From contig CAJQIG010000005.1 of the NCBI GenBank assembly GCA_905478415.1, positions 1,598 through 65,597 on the forward strand: a DNA stretch of 64,000 bases, given 5' to 3'. Shown in pieces: positions 55,431 through 64,000 of this stretch. The DNA comes from an uncultured Patescibacteria group bacterium (GTDB lineage Bacteria > Patescibacteriota > Microgenomatia > UBA1400 > PJMF01). The position numbers and the translations under genes are program-made. Below the pieces are notes generated by a model, which was not told the DNA's origin, did no database searches, and was given only the letters and a program-made list of their open reading frames with translations. Position 1 is the first letter of the stretch. Every line of letters begins with the position of its first letter.

Positions 55431-57296
55431 ATGTACGCATTTAACCCTCATGACTACTTAGAACAATTAGTTCCCTTGTTGCTCGAGCTAGAAAAAGTTG
55501 AGCAAATTTCTGCCAAAGGTTTAGCTCAGCTAGTAAAGCGACACGCCAAACCGAATGGAAATGTTTTTTCTAAAGATGAAATTGTGCGTGGGTATCGAGA
55601 GTTGGCCGGCACTCATGGAATTGCTCCATTTGTCCAATCCTTTTTAAAAAAAGTAACGATGAAGCCAACGAGAACTCAATCGGGAGTATCTCCGGTTACG
55701 GTTTTGACAAAGCCGTTCCCCTGTCCTGGTCAGTGTATTTTTTGTCCGAATGATGTTCGGATGCCGAAGAGTTACTTGGCGGATGAGCCCGGCGCGCAGC
55801 GTGCCGAGCGTAATTGGTTTGATCCTTACTTGCAAACCTATAACCGTTTGCAGGCGTTACATAATATTGGTCACTTAGTTGATAAAACTGAAGTTATTGT
55901 ATTGGGTGGCACTTGGTCATTTTATCCAGAGAGCTATCAAATTTGGTTTATCAAAGAGTGTTTTAGAGCCTTAAATGATTTTGGGACACATGATGGTCGC
56001 GATAAGATTTTTCAGTGGTATGAAGATATGGCTGAAGAGTTAAAAAAGAAAGATATTCTTCGTACAAATAGCCCAAAGCAGAATCAAAAATCACTGGCCG
56101 AGTTACAGATAGATGGTGAAGCCATTACCAAGACATATAATCGAATCATTTCAGAACAGTACACAGCCCCAGAAAAGCTGGGTGGCTTTGATTCATATCA
56201 AGTTGCATCTTGGGAAGAATTGGAAGCTGAGCAGAAAAAAAATGAAACGGCTGCTGTGAGGTGTGTGGGATTAGTAATTGAAACTCGACCTGACAATATT
56301 TCAGAAGCTGAAGTTGTCAGAGTGCGCCGTCTGGGTTGTACTAAAACTCAAATTGGAGTTCAGTCGTTGCAAGATAGTGTGCTTAACCTAAATAAGCGTG
56401 GTCACGATGTTGCCGCCACTAGGAAAGCGTTTAAGTTACTTAGACAAGCCGGTTTTAAAATTCATGCTCACTGGATGGCAAATTTATATGGTTCATCGGT
56501 CGAGGCAGATAAAATTGATTATGAACAATTATTTTCTGATCCAGATTTTTGTCCTGACGAGCTCAAAATTTATCCGTGTAGCTTAATTGGCAGTGCTGAG
56601 TTAATGCAGGTGTATAAAGCTGGTAAATGGAAGCCATATACACAGACTGAGTTAGCCGAAGTGCTCTCTCACGTATTTAAAGTTACACCTCAGTATGCTC
56701 GTTTAACTCGGGTTATTCGTGACATTCCTTCACAAGATATTGTTGAAGGAAATATGTTAACAAACTTCAGACAAATTGTTGAACAGTCTTTAGAAGAACA
56801 AAAAATTATTCCGCAAGACATTCGCTCCAGAGAAATTAAAGATGGAATCTTTGATCCAAAAGATATTGAGTTTAAAGTTTCAGAGTATCAAACCCAAGTT
56901 AGTACAGAGTATTTTTTGCAGTATCTGGTTCCTGCTGAAAAAGTTGCCTATCCACATCGAACCAGTAAGAAAATTCCTGGTACTGAAAAAATTCTAGGAT
57001 TTTTGCGTCTCTCAATTCCTAAAGAACAGTCATTTATTTCAGAGTTGAAAGAGAGCACGATGATCCGTGAAATTCATGTGTATGGCACCGTAGTGGCGTT
57101 GGGGAAAGATGGAACTTCAAAGGCACAACACTTAGGACTTGGAAAAAAATTAATAGTACGAGCAGAAAAAATATCTCAAGATGCTGGGTATAAAAAAATG
57201 GCTGTCATTTCTGGAATTGGAACAAAGGAATACTATCGTAAACGAGGGTTTACTGATGGTGAGTTGTATCAATTTAAAGCTGTTTCTGCAAAATAA
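55431..57296 (+). CDS. elp3: Elp3-family radical SAM/KAT tRNA uridine(34) carboxymethyltransferase
   Basis: RTQSGV, CPGQCIFCP, GGT, ETRPD, DELKIYP, RVIRDIP, IREIHVYG, QHLGLG and YYRKRGF. Confidence 0.93.
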   Translation: MYAFNPHDYLEQLVPLLLELEKVEQISAKGLAQLVKRHAKPNGNVFSKDEIVRGYRELAGTHGIAPFVQSFLKKVTMKPTRTQSGVSPVTVLTKPFPCPGQCIFCPNDVRMPKSYLADEPGAQRAERNWFDPYLQTYNRLQALHNIGHLVDKTEVIVLGGTWSFYPESYQIWFIKECFRALNDFGTHDGRDKIFQWYEDMAEELKKKDILRTNSPKQNQKSLAELQIDGEAITKTYNRIISEQYTAPEKLGGFDSYQVASWEELEAEQKKNETAAVRCVGLVIETRPDNISEAEVVRVRRLGCTKTQIGVQSLQDSVLNLNKRGHDVAATRKAFKLLRQAGFKIHAHWMANLYGSSVEADKIDYEQLFSDPDFCPDELKIYPCSLIGSAELMQVYKAGKWKPYTQTELAEVLSHVFKVTPQYARLTRVIRDIPSQDIVEGNMLTNFRQIVEQSLEEQKIIPQDIRSREIKDGIFDPKDIEFKVSEYQTQVSTEYFLQYLVPAEKVAYPHRTSKKIPGTEKILGFLRLSIPKEQSFISELKESTMIREIHVYGTVVALGKDGTSKAQHLGLGKKLIVRAEKISQDAGYKKMAVISGIGTKEYYRKRGFTDGELYQFKAVSAK

Positions 57297-57452
57297 TATC
57301 TCATAACATTGTTTTTTATTGATAGTACGGTATAATTTGGGCACTCTAGTTGCTCGATTCGCATTGTTGCAGTAAGTAGCGGCTAGTGTTGTTTAACAAT
57401 CAACACAACTAACAATCCGGTTAGTTGGAACATATCTCAAAGGAGAAAGCTT

Positions 57453-58265
57453 TTGAACTATTTGCCATTAGTGCAGAGGACTTGGAATTTAGCAGATGTG
57501 ATGATGGGTGCAGCTGGTCGACCGTTACATGTAACGGTTTTGGTTGCAGATGAGCAAAAAAATGTTTTAGCCATCAAGTCCGATTGGGCTGGTGGTGAAA
57601 AAGTGACTTCACGGGCTCCATACTTTGGTCCCAAGAAGGCGGCTGAACTGGTTGACACCATTCAGCTAAATAGCAAGATTATTGCTATGACACCAGTTCC
57701 AACCTTTAAGACCTCCACTGGTTTTATGGGTGGGGTGCGCCGTATGTATGATGGAAAATATCTCATCACGGCATGCAGCGCCTGGGACGAAAAGGCCGAC
57801 GCTTTGATGGCACTGGTACTAAACTATGCCATGACCTATGAGTTGCGGTTTCATCACGTTGGGTTTACCCATCTGACTGAAGAAGCTATGTGGACAGCTA
57901 TTAGCAAGGATCAGTCTCGCTTGGGTGTCATGCCACTTCCCATAGATAGTGATGATTCTGGATATATACTGAGAGTCGAAGAACAGCGAGTACCCAATGG
58001 GGTCTATTGGATCGAACACCATTATTCCCCAGTAGTGCTAGAACCGACAATTTTCTGGGGGGTAGTAACTACTCCGGGTTTAGTAGAATATCTTGGATTT
58101 TGGTTGGATTTACAACCAGGATTTAATGTAGAGCTTTCTGATAATGACCGCCTTGCAATGATTCAAGTAACGGATCGTGATGGCACAGAGTTGGCCATTA
58201 TGGAACGATCTAAGTGGTGGGATGTTGATGTTCAAAATGCTAAGCGGGGAAATCCGCGGCATTAG
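57453..58265 (+). CDS. Hypothetical protein (possible VOC-like C-terminal part)
   Basis: AAGGAGA RBS, TTG start, FHHVG motif, own terminator. Confidence 0.7.
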   Translation: MNYLPLVQRTWNLADVMMGAAGRPLHVTVLVADEQKNVLAIKSDWAGGEKVTSRAPYFGPKKAAELVDTIQLNSKIIAMTPVPTFKTSTGFMGGVRRMYDGKYLITACSAWDEKADALMALVLNYAMTYELRFHHVGFTHLTEEAMWTAISKDQSRLGVMPLPIDSDDSGYILRVEEQRVPNGVYWIEHHYSPVVLEPTIFWGVVTTPGLVEYLGFWLDLQPGFNVELSDNDRLAMIQVTDRDGTELAIMERSKWWDVDVQNAKRGNPRH

Positions 58266-58278
58266 TTGTTGATTGTAG

Positions 58279-58305
58279 ATGGGCCAGGCTTTCAGCCTGG
58301 CCCAT
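58279..58305. terminator. Hairpin between convergent genes
   Basis: ATGGGCCAGGCT-TTC-AGCCTGGCCCAT. Confidence 0.7.
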
Positions 58306-58332
58306 ATTTGTAGCTATTGCTAGAGAGTATGG

Positions 58333-58668
58333 TTATTCTTTTAAGTCCATGTCGAATCTTTTTCTGGTAAAGTCAATTTTTTTCTGCATAACTTGTTCGA
58401 CGTCGATGTCGAGTTCAATTCCGAGTAGGATAAGTGAACCGAGCACATCGGCAAATTCGTCTTCGACATTTTCTCGGCTGAATTTTTCAATTTTTGTATT
58501 TCGTTGCAAGTTCATTGAGGTTAAGATTTCGTCAGAAAGTTCACCTAACTCTTCCATGATTTTCATGGTGCGAGCAAATGTGCGTTGTTCATGATTTTTA
58601 AGTGGCCAGCGGTCATTTAAAAATGAACTAATTGATTCATATTGAGTTACTAAATCTTTAATTGTCAT
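58333..58668 (-). CDS. MazG-like NTP pyrophosphohydrolase
   Basis: KIMEELGELS...EDEFADVL. Confidence 0.88.
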   Translation of the reverse strand: MTIKDLVTQYESISSFLNDRWPLKNHEQRTFARTMKIMEELGELSDEILTSMNLQRNTKIEKFSRENVEDEFADVLGSLILLGIELDIDVEQVMQKKIDFTRKRFDMDLKE

Positions 58669-60110
58669 GCCTGTATTTTATCATCTTTGGCCCGAATCAG
58701 GCGAGTAATCTGGTTTGAGTGTCGAAGATACCCAGTTCCAAGTCCAGGAATACCGGAAAATTCTGCTGGCTGCAAGAGTGAGAGAAAGTGAGCAGTGCTT
58801 TTTGGAAGTTTGGCTTTAGAAGATTGGTTCAACTTAAATCTTAGTTTTCTAAGTCCATAAAAAAGAGGCGCTGAAATGTTTCTTCTCATGTGTATGTGTA
58901 ACTTGTGTTTAGAGAGACAGGAACTGCATTTTGTACAACTGGGTGTAGTACTGCCAAAATAGGCTCCCAACTTTTTCATCTTACAGAATTTTGTGAGTAA
59001 AATATGTTCCATTTTCTGTAAATCGTTCGTTATCTTTTTTTGTTGAGAGGTGGATTTATTTTTCTTTTGGAACTTAGAGCGATTTTCCTGATCAATTTTT
59101 GAAAAAAAAGTGTAACAAGCTGTTGGTTGACCATCGCGACCACCTCGACCAATTTCTTGGGCATAATCCTCTACAGAGATAGGAGTATCAAAATGGATAA
59201 CGAATCGGACGTTTGGTTTATCAACTCCCATCCCAAAAGCATTGGTAGCGGCAATGATATTTATTTTCCCAGAGATAAAATCAGTCTGAATTTTTTTTCG
59301 CAGCTGATTTTCTAATACACCATGATAGGCAGCTACTTTGAGTTGTGGCACTAGCTGTGTAAGTATGAGTGCAATGTACTCAGTATTTTTTCGAGTTGAA
59401 GCATAGATAATACCATCTTCTCCAACATGATTGGAAAGAATTTCGAGTAAGTACAATAATTTAGTGACCACAGTTGGCGTATTGAGCACCAAAACTTGTA
59501 AGTTAGAACGATAGACATTCTCTGAAAAAATATTTGGGTGGGTGAGTTCTAGTGAAGAGATAACCTCATTGAGAATATGTTGGGTAGCAGTGGCCGTTAC
59601 GGCTAAAAGTACTGGCATTTGTGTAGTTGCTTTGAGTGAAGATAGTATTTTTTTATAACTTGGCCGAAACTCATTTCCCCATTGGCTAATACAGTGAGCT
59701 TCATCAATAACCACTAAGGAAAGAGTGATCTTTTTTAAAATACTCTGGAACGCTTTTGTTTCTAATTTTTCTGGAGAAATATATACAATTTTGTATTTAT
59801 TTTTAAGAATTTCTTGAGTTCGTATTTTCTTTTCACCATCAGAAAGTGAAGTATTTAAAAAAGTCGCAGCCACTCCCCTTTCTACTAAATTCTTAACTTG
59901 ATCTTGCATCAGCGAGATAAGTGGTGAGATTACCAGAGTGATTCCAGGAAATAAAAGTGCAGGCACTTGAAAACAAATTGATTTCCCACCGCCAGTTGGT
60001 AGGACGGCAATGGTGTTTTTTCCAGACAAGACTGAAGTAATAATTTCCTTTTGGCCTTTTCTAAACGAAGTATATCCCCAATGAGCTTGCAAAATTTTTT
60101 CTGGTGTCAT
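58665..60110 (-). CDS. recQ: RecQ family DNA helicase
   Basis: PTGGGKS, DEAHCISQWG.EFRP.Y, AFGMGVDK, QEIGRGGRDG and Zn-binding Cys. Confidence 0.93.
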   Translation of the reverse strand: MTPEKILQAHWGYTSFRKGQKEIITSVLSGKNTIAVLPTGGGKSICFQVPALLFPGITLVISPLISLMQDQVKNLVERGVAATFLNTSLSDGEKKIRTQEILKNKYKIVYISPEKLETKAFQSILKKITLSLVVIDEAHCISQWGNEFRPSYKKILSSLKATTQMPVLLAVTATATQHILNEVISSLELTHPNIFSENVYRSNLQVLVLNTPTVVTKLLYLLEILSNHVGEDGIIYASTRKNTEYIALILTQLVPQLKVAAYHGVLENQLRKKIQTDFISGKINIIAATNAFGMGVDKPNVRFVIHFDTPISVEDYAQEIGRGGRDGQPTACYTFFSKIDQENRSKFQKKNKSTSQQKKITNDLQKMEHILLTKFCKMKKLGAYFGSTTPSCTKCSSCLSKHKLHIHMRRNISAPLFYGLRKLRFKLNQSSKAKLPKSTAHFLSLLQPAEFSGIPGLGTGYLRHSNQITRLIRAKDDKIQA

Positions 60111-60145
60111 GGTTGCACTATACAAACCAAAAATGACAAAAAGTG

Positions 60146-60709
60146 TTATGAAAGTTCTGTGTATCTAAAACAGTTGGTGGTATGATCCATTACCATTCCT
60201 GTAGCCTGCATAAAGGCATACATAATGGTTGGTCCCACGAAACTACAGCCACGTTTTTTTAAATCTATACTCAGAGCTACAGACTGAGTAGATTGCACGG
60301 GAACCAGACAGAGTTTTTTATACGAATGAATAATCGGTGATCCACCCACAAAACTCCACAGGTACTTTGAAAAACTGCCAAGCTCTTTTTGTATTGCAAG
60401 CACAGCACGAGCATTTTTTATCGTTGATCTGACTTTTAACTTGTTCCGAATGATTCCAGGATTTTGTAAAATTAGGGCAATTTCTTCCTCGTCAATTTCG
60501 GAAACTTTTTCAACTTCGAAATTGTAAAAAACTTTTTTATATTCACTTCTCTTTTTCAGTACAGTTTCCCAAGAAAGACCAGCTTGTGCTCCTTCTAATA
60601 TTAAAAACTCAAAAAGTAACCGATCATCGTATACGGGCACTCCCCACTCAGTGTCGTGATACTTTTGATAGTTGGGATTGTCTTTTGGAACCCATCCACA
60701 ACGAGTCAT
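60146..60709 (-). CDS. tag: DNA-3-methyladenine glycosylase I
   Basis: RCGW, YHDTEWG, LEGAQAGLSW, IIRNKLK and DH...C. Confidence 0.95.
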   Translation of the reverse strand: MTRCGWVPKDNPNYQKYHDTEWGVPVYDDRLLFEFLILEGAQAGLSWETVLKKRSEYKKVFYNFEVEKVSEIDEEEIALILQNPGIIRNKLKVRSTIKNARAVLAIQKELGSFSKYLWSFVGGSPIIHSYKKLCLVPVQSTQSVALSIDLKKRGCSFVGPTIMYAFMQATGMVMDHTTNCFRYTELS

Positions 60710-61878
60710 TATTTAAGATATTTCTTATGTTTTATTTTTTCTGGTAGAAGCGATTTATTTTTATCTGGATACATCTCGTAGCCTTTACCATACCCTTGAT
60801 TTTTCATGAGAGAGGTTGGGGCGTTTCGAAGTTCTAGAGGAATACTCAAGTTCCCAAATGTTTCGACATCTCTGAGCGCTGAAAAGTAGGCGTCATAGGC
60901 TGTTCGATTTTTTTTACATCTTGCTAGGTAAGCAACTCCATGAGCCAAATTAATTTGGGCTTCCGGATAGCCAATGTTGTGGACAGCTTCAAAGACAGCA
61001 TTGGCAACAACTAAGGCCGTGGGTGCGGCCAGACCAATATCTTCACTAGCAAAGACTACCATTCGACGAGCAATAAACTTTGGATCTTCTCCAGCACTAA
61101 CCATTCGAGCTAAGTAGTAGAGAGCAGCATCAGTGTTACTAGCACGCATTGATTTAATAAAGGCGCTGATAGTGTCGTAGTGTTGTTCTCCCTTTTTGTC
61201 ATAACTCAGGTGTGAAGATTGCAGAGTTTCTTTTAATGTCTTGGTGGTAACTTTTTCGTAAATGGTAACTGTTTGGTCTAGTAAATTAAGTAATTTTCTG
61301 GCATCTCCATTGCTGAAGCGAATCAGCCAATCGGTAGCATCTTTACTAATTGTTTTTATTTTAAGATGTTTCTTTGCATTTTTTAGAACCACGGCTAAAT
61401 CTTCATCTGTATGACTGGTGAGTACAAAGACTTTGCATCGTGAGAGTAACGCCGAATTAACTTCGAAGCTAGGGTTTTCGGTGGTGGCCCCAATTAAAAT
61501 GAGAGTGCCATTTTCAACAAAGGGAAGCAAGTAGTCTTGTTGGGCTTTATTAAACCTATGAATTTCGTCAAGAAAAAGAATGGGAGCCTCATAGCTTTCT
61601 GTAAGCTGTTTCTGACTGGCACTTTGGAGCACGATTTTTCGAATGTCATCTTTTTTTGCAGAAACGGCACTCAGTTCATAAATATCACGGTTGTGAGTAT
61701 GGGCAATAATTTTGGCTAACGTGGTTTTACCAACACCTGGTGGTCCCCAAAAAAGCATCGAAAATATATGCCCTTTTTCGATCGCAATTCGCAGTGGTTT
61801 GTCTGGACCCACAAGATGTGACTGCCCAATAAAGGTGTCTAAATTTGTGGGTCGAAGGAGTGTTGCGAGATTGGGCAT
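60709..61878 (-). CDS. rarA: Replication-associated recombination protein A (MgsA)
   Basis: WGPPGVGKTT, DEIHRFNKAQQD, HYDTISAFIKSMR and SEDIGLA. Confidence 0.95.
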   Translation of the reverse strand: MPNLATLLRPTNLDTFIGQSHLVGPDKPLRIAIEKGHIFSMLFWGPPGVGKTTLAKIIAHTHNRDIYELSAVSAKKDDIRKIVLQSASQKQLTESYEAPILFLDEIHRFNKAQQDYLLPFVENGTLILIGATTENPSFEVNSALLSRCKVFVLTSHTDEDLAVVLKNAKKHLKIKTISKDATDWLIRFSNGDARKLLNLLDQTVTIYEKVTTKTLKETLQSSHLSYDKKGEQHYDTISAFIKSMRASNTDAALYYLARMVSAGEDPKFIARRMVVFASEDIGLAAPTALVVANAVFEAVHNIGYPEAQINLAHGVAYLARCKKNRTAYDAYFSALRDVETFGNLSIPLELRNAPTSLMKNQGYGKGYEMYPDKNKSLLPEKIKHKKYLK

Positions 61879-61932
61879 AACCCTAATGTAACCCAAACAA
61901 AGGGGCGAAATCAAGCAGGGATTTTCGGGAAT

Positions 61933-62886
61933 TTATTGGTTCAGAATTTTGGCGAAATGATCTTTAATTTTTTCAGTAGCATGCACTTCTACTAGGCCTT
62001 GTTTCGGTTGTCCATAATAGACATAGCTTCCCAAGGGGGCAACTAAAACAGCCGCAACTGCTAAGAGATCTTCTTCCCCATCGACTTTGATGAATGCCTT
62101 TTCTCTTTGATCAGTAGCATTGATAAGTGACTGCACAGCGCCGTGTTCAATAGTTCCGGCGGCATTGGTGACGCTGCTTGTTGGAGTAATAGCATCAATA
62201 GTAGTTGATGGATAGAGCTTTCTTTCGCAGTAGCCATCAAAGATGCCAATATCAAACTTCCAACCAAACGTTATGAATTTTTCGAGTGTTGAATCGCCAA
62301 CGACAATTTTTGGACTTGGGATAGTGCTTGGTTCAACCACTACTTTTCCTTGGATTTTACTAAAATCTTGTCGTTGCTCTTCGGTTAACTGAATGTCTTT
62401 CTCAAAAATATTGGCATAGACTTGGCCAGAACGAGATATCTTTCCAGCTCGAATTCGTGCGGCGTGAATTGGTTGGCCGTCCTCGGCTGGAACCATGTCG
62501 ACGATATAGACTGGGAGTTTTTTTAAACGAAGCTGGTCTCTAATGGCGGTAATTTTGTCAGCTCCGGCTTCGGTCTCTTTTGTTACATAAAGCGCGTCAA
62601 CTTTTTGATTTGGGTCAATCAGAGGACCATAGATATCATTCAACTCGACTAATTCAGCAGTGTAACCTTGTGTTTTACAGTACTGACTCACGTTTCTAAA
62701 TCGAGTTCCCAGCGTTTCCAAATTATGACGAAATGGCTTATTCAGAATAAGTTTCTTGGTTGCGATACCAATCAGCAGCCGCTGTCCCACTTCGGCAGCA
62801 GCATCAATAAAAGCTTTATGACCATCATGAAGATGATCAAAAGTGCCGCCTAGGGCTACAGTTATATATTTTTTTCTTTTTTTCAT
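61933..62886 (-). CDS. Archaeal/eukaryotic-type phosphopantetheine adenylyltransferase fused to DUF359 (GTP-dependent dephospho-CoA kinase)
   Basis: GGTFDHLHDGH and D.YGP; C-terminal VVGD, N.AG.I, VDGEEDL and YGQP..G. Confidence 0.85.
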   Translation of the reverse strand: MKKRKKYITVALGGTFDHLHDGHKAFIDAAAEVGQRLLIGIATKKLILNKPFRHNLETLGTRFRNVSQYCKTQGYTAELVELNDIYGPLIDPNQKVDALYVTKETEAGADKITAIRDQLRLKKLPVYIVDMVPAEDGQPIHAARIRAGKISRSGQVYANIFEKDIQLTEEQRQDFSKIQGKVVVEPSTIPSPKIVVGDSTLEKFITFGWKFDIGIFDGYCERKLYPSTTIDAITPTSSVTNAAGTIEHGAVQSLINATDQREKAFIKVDGEEDLLAVAAVLVAPLGSYVYYGQPKQGLVEVHATEKIKDHFAKILNQ

Positions 62887-63004
62887 ACCAACGTGTATTG
62901 TACCTTGAGAAAGGCATAAAAAAAACTCCTGGGTGGAGTTTGGGATTTTTGGGCAAAAAGGGGGGCCACAACTTTACAGCTGTGGCCCGCGATTAAAAAT
63001 CGTT

Positions 63005-63325
63005 TTACCCTTCCAGCATGTCGGCCATATCGGCTTCGACATCTAAGGCTTCATCGCGTTCGGCAATGGCTTCATTCAGCTCAGTCTCGGCCGTACGCAG
63101 CGCCATGCGGAGTTCGTTAACAGTAATCTGAGCCTCTTCAACGCGCCCATTGGCTTTTTCGACCAGGGCGGCGATGGCTTCGCGAATTTCTGTAACGGTT
63201 TTGCCGGTTGCGGCTGAAATCAGCTTGAACATGCTGCGGAATTGTTGTGCAAACTCCTTGCGCAGGCTGTTCTCTACTCGTTGCAGGTCGGCTTTACGGG
63301 TTGAAGTTTTTTCTAAACCAAACAT
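63005..63325 (-). CDS. Coiled-coil hypothetical protein (GC-richer than neighbours)
   Basis: GGAGG RBS before MFGLEK, TTGACA-17-TATACT promoter, downstream hairpin at 62963-62988. Confidence 0.7.
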   Translation of the reverse strand: MFGLEKTSTRKADLQRVENSLRKEFAQQFRSMFKLISAATGKTVTEIREAIAALVEKANGRVEEAQITVNELRMALRTAETELNEAIAERDEALDVEADMADMLEG

Positions 63326-63597
63326 AAGATCCTCCAAAGGATGTAGAGCACGAGAGCGTGCTCAATAAGGGAAAAACGATTTATTAAAAAACAGTTGTTG
63401 ATCGCCGCGAAGGGCGGGGGCCAAAATTGGGCCAAAGAGCCAGACGGCGACCAACAACTCAGATAGTATAGCAAAAAAGGCCCATAATGTCAATATGTGT
63501 AAATATAAACAATTATTATGATATACTACTATGTCTTTTAAAAAAATAGTCCACACTTTTCCCACTGTAAATTCGCGTCGCGAAAAGGAGTCGTATC

Positions 63598-63942
63598 ATG
63601 TGTTTTTCGGAAGGGGCTTCTCTGCCCTCTACCCCAGCCCAGATTTGGGGTGCGTTTAGGGATTGGGCTTCATGCCATTTATACAAAAGAGATGGCAAGC
63701 GGCTTATAACCTATACAGATTTGGGTTTTAGATTGTTGCACAAGTCAGACGTTTTTCAGCTCTCTAAGAGAGCGCATAGAGCCCAAGTTGAATATTGGTC
63801 TGTACAGCTGCTATCTCGATTTGTAGCTGACACGGTTGTACTAGAAGTACCTATGTCTCATTTAGGACTAGCTGAGTTTGGATTAGAACAAAAGTTTGAT
63901 CGCCGCCGCCCTGTTATTATGGTATTGCGACGACCAGCTTGA
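63598..63942 (+). CDS. Hypothetical protein
   Basis: AAGGAG RBS and terminator GCGACCGG/CCGGTCGC-TTTTTT at 63953-63982. Confidence 0.6.
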   Translation: MCFSEGASLPSTPAQIWGAFRDWASCHLYKRDGKRLITYTDLGFRLLHKSDVFQLSKRAHRAQVEYWSVQLLSRFVADTVVLEVPMSHLGLAEFGLEQKFDRRRPVIMVLRRPA

Positions 63943-64000
63943 AGAGGTTATTGCGACCGGTTTGTTCCGGTCGCTTTTTTTTATTTCATCAGAGAAATGA

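Noticed and set aside
1-64000. Alternative genetic code (TGA=Gly) as in some CPR lineages
   Set aside because: Conserved genes are full length under code 11 and several end in TGA.

Overview
This is a chromosomal window from a small-genome, AT-rich bacterium, most likely CPR/Patescibacteria (Microgenomates-like). That call is an inference from gene content, pervasive leaderless genes and TTCGG-N6-TTCGG LexA boxes; TGA is used as stop. From left to right the window holds a uvrC/uvrA/uvrB/lexA DNA-repair region, a glycolysis and sugar-phosphate cluster with several altered active sites (gpmI, eno, a ppsA-like gene, pgi/pmi, a GlmU-like NTase, pmm/pgm), holA and a tRNA cluster, and a run of small accessory genes. 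A ~9.5 kb tyrosine-integrase island is inserted in tRNA-Lys(CTT) and carries defence-type cargo (Schlafen/AlbA_2, DUF4145-like, KAP NTPase, a HEPN pair). After it come LCP, tRNA-Gln, a VKOR-dihydroorotate dehydrogenase fusion, a divergent Trm9-like methyltransferase/Elp3 pair, recQ-tag-rarA and an archaeal-type CoaD-DUF359 fusion. There are nine intact tRNA genes. The most striking observations are: (1) a circularly permuted tRNA-Asp(GTC), 3' half before 5' half and broken in the anticodon, fused to the tRNA-Lys CCA end and present in both 174-bp island repeats; (2) an Elp3 + Trm9-like pair suggesting a eukaryote-like mcm5U34 pathway; (3) the VKOR-DHODH fusion; (4) several unannotated structured RNAs. 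All family assignments come from motifs read by eye; no database search was run.
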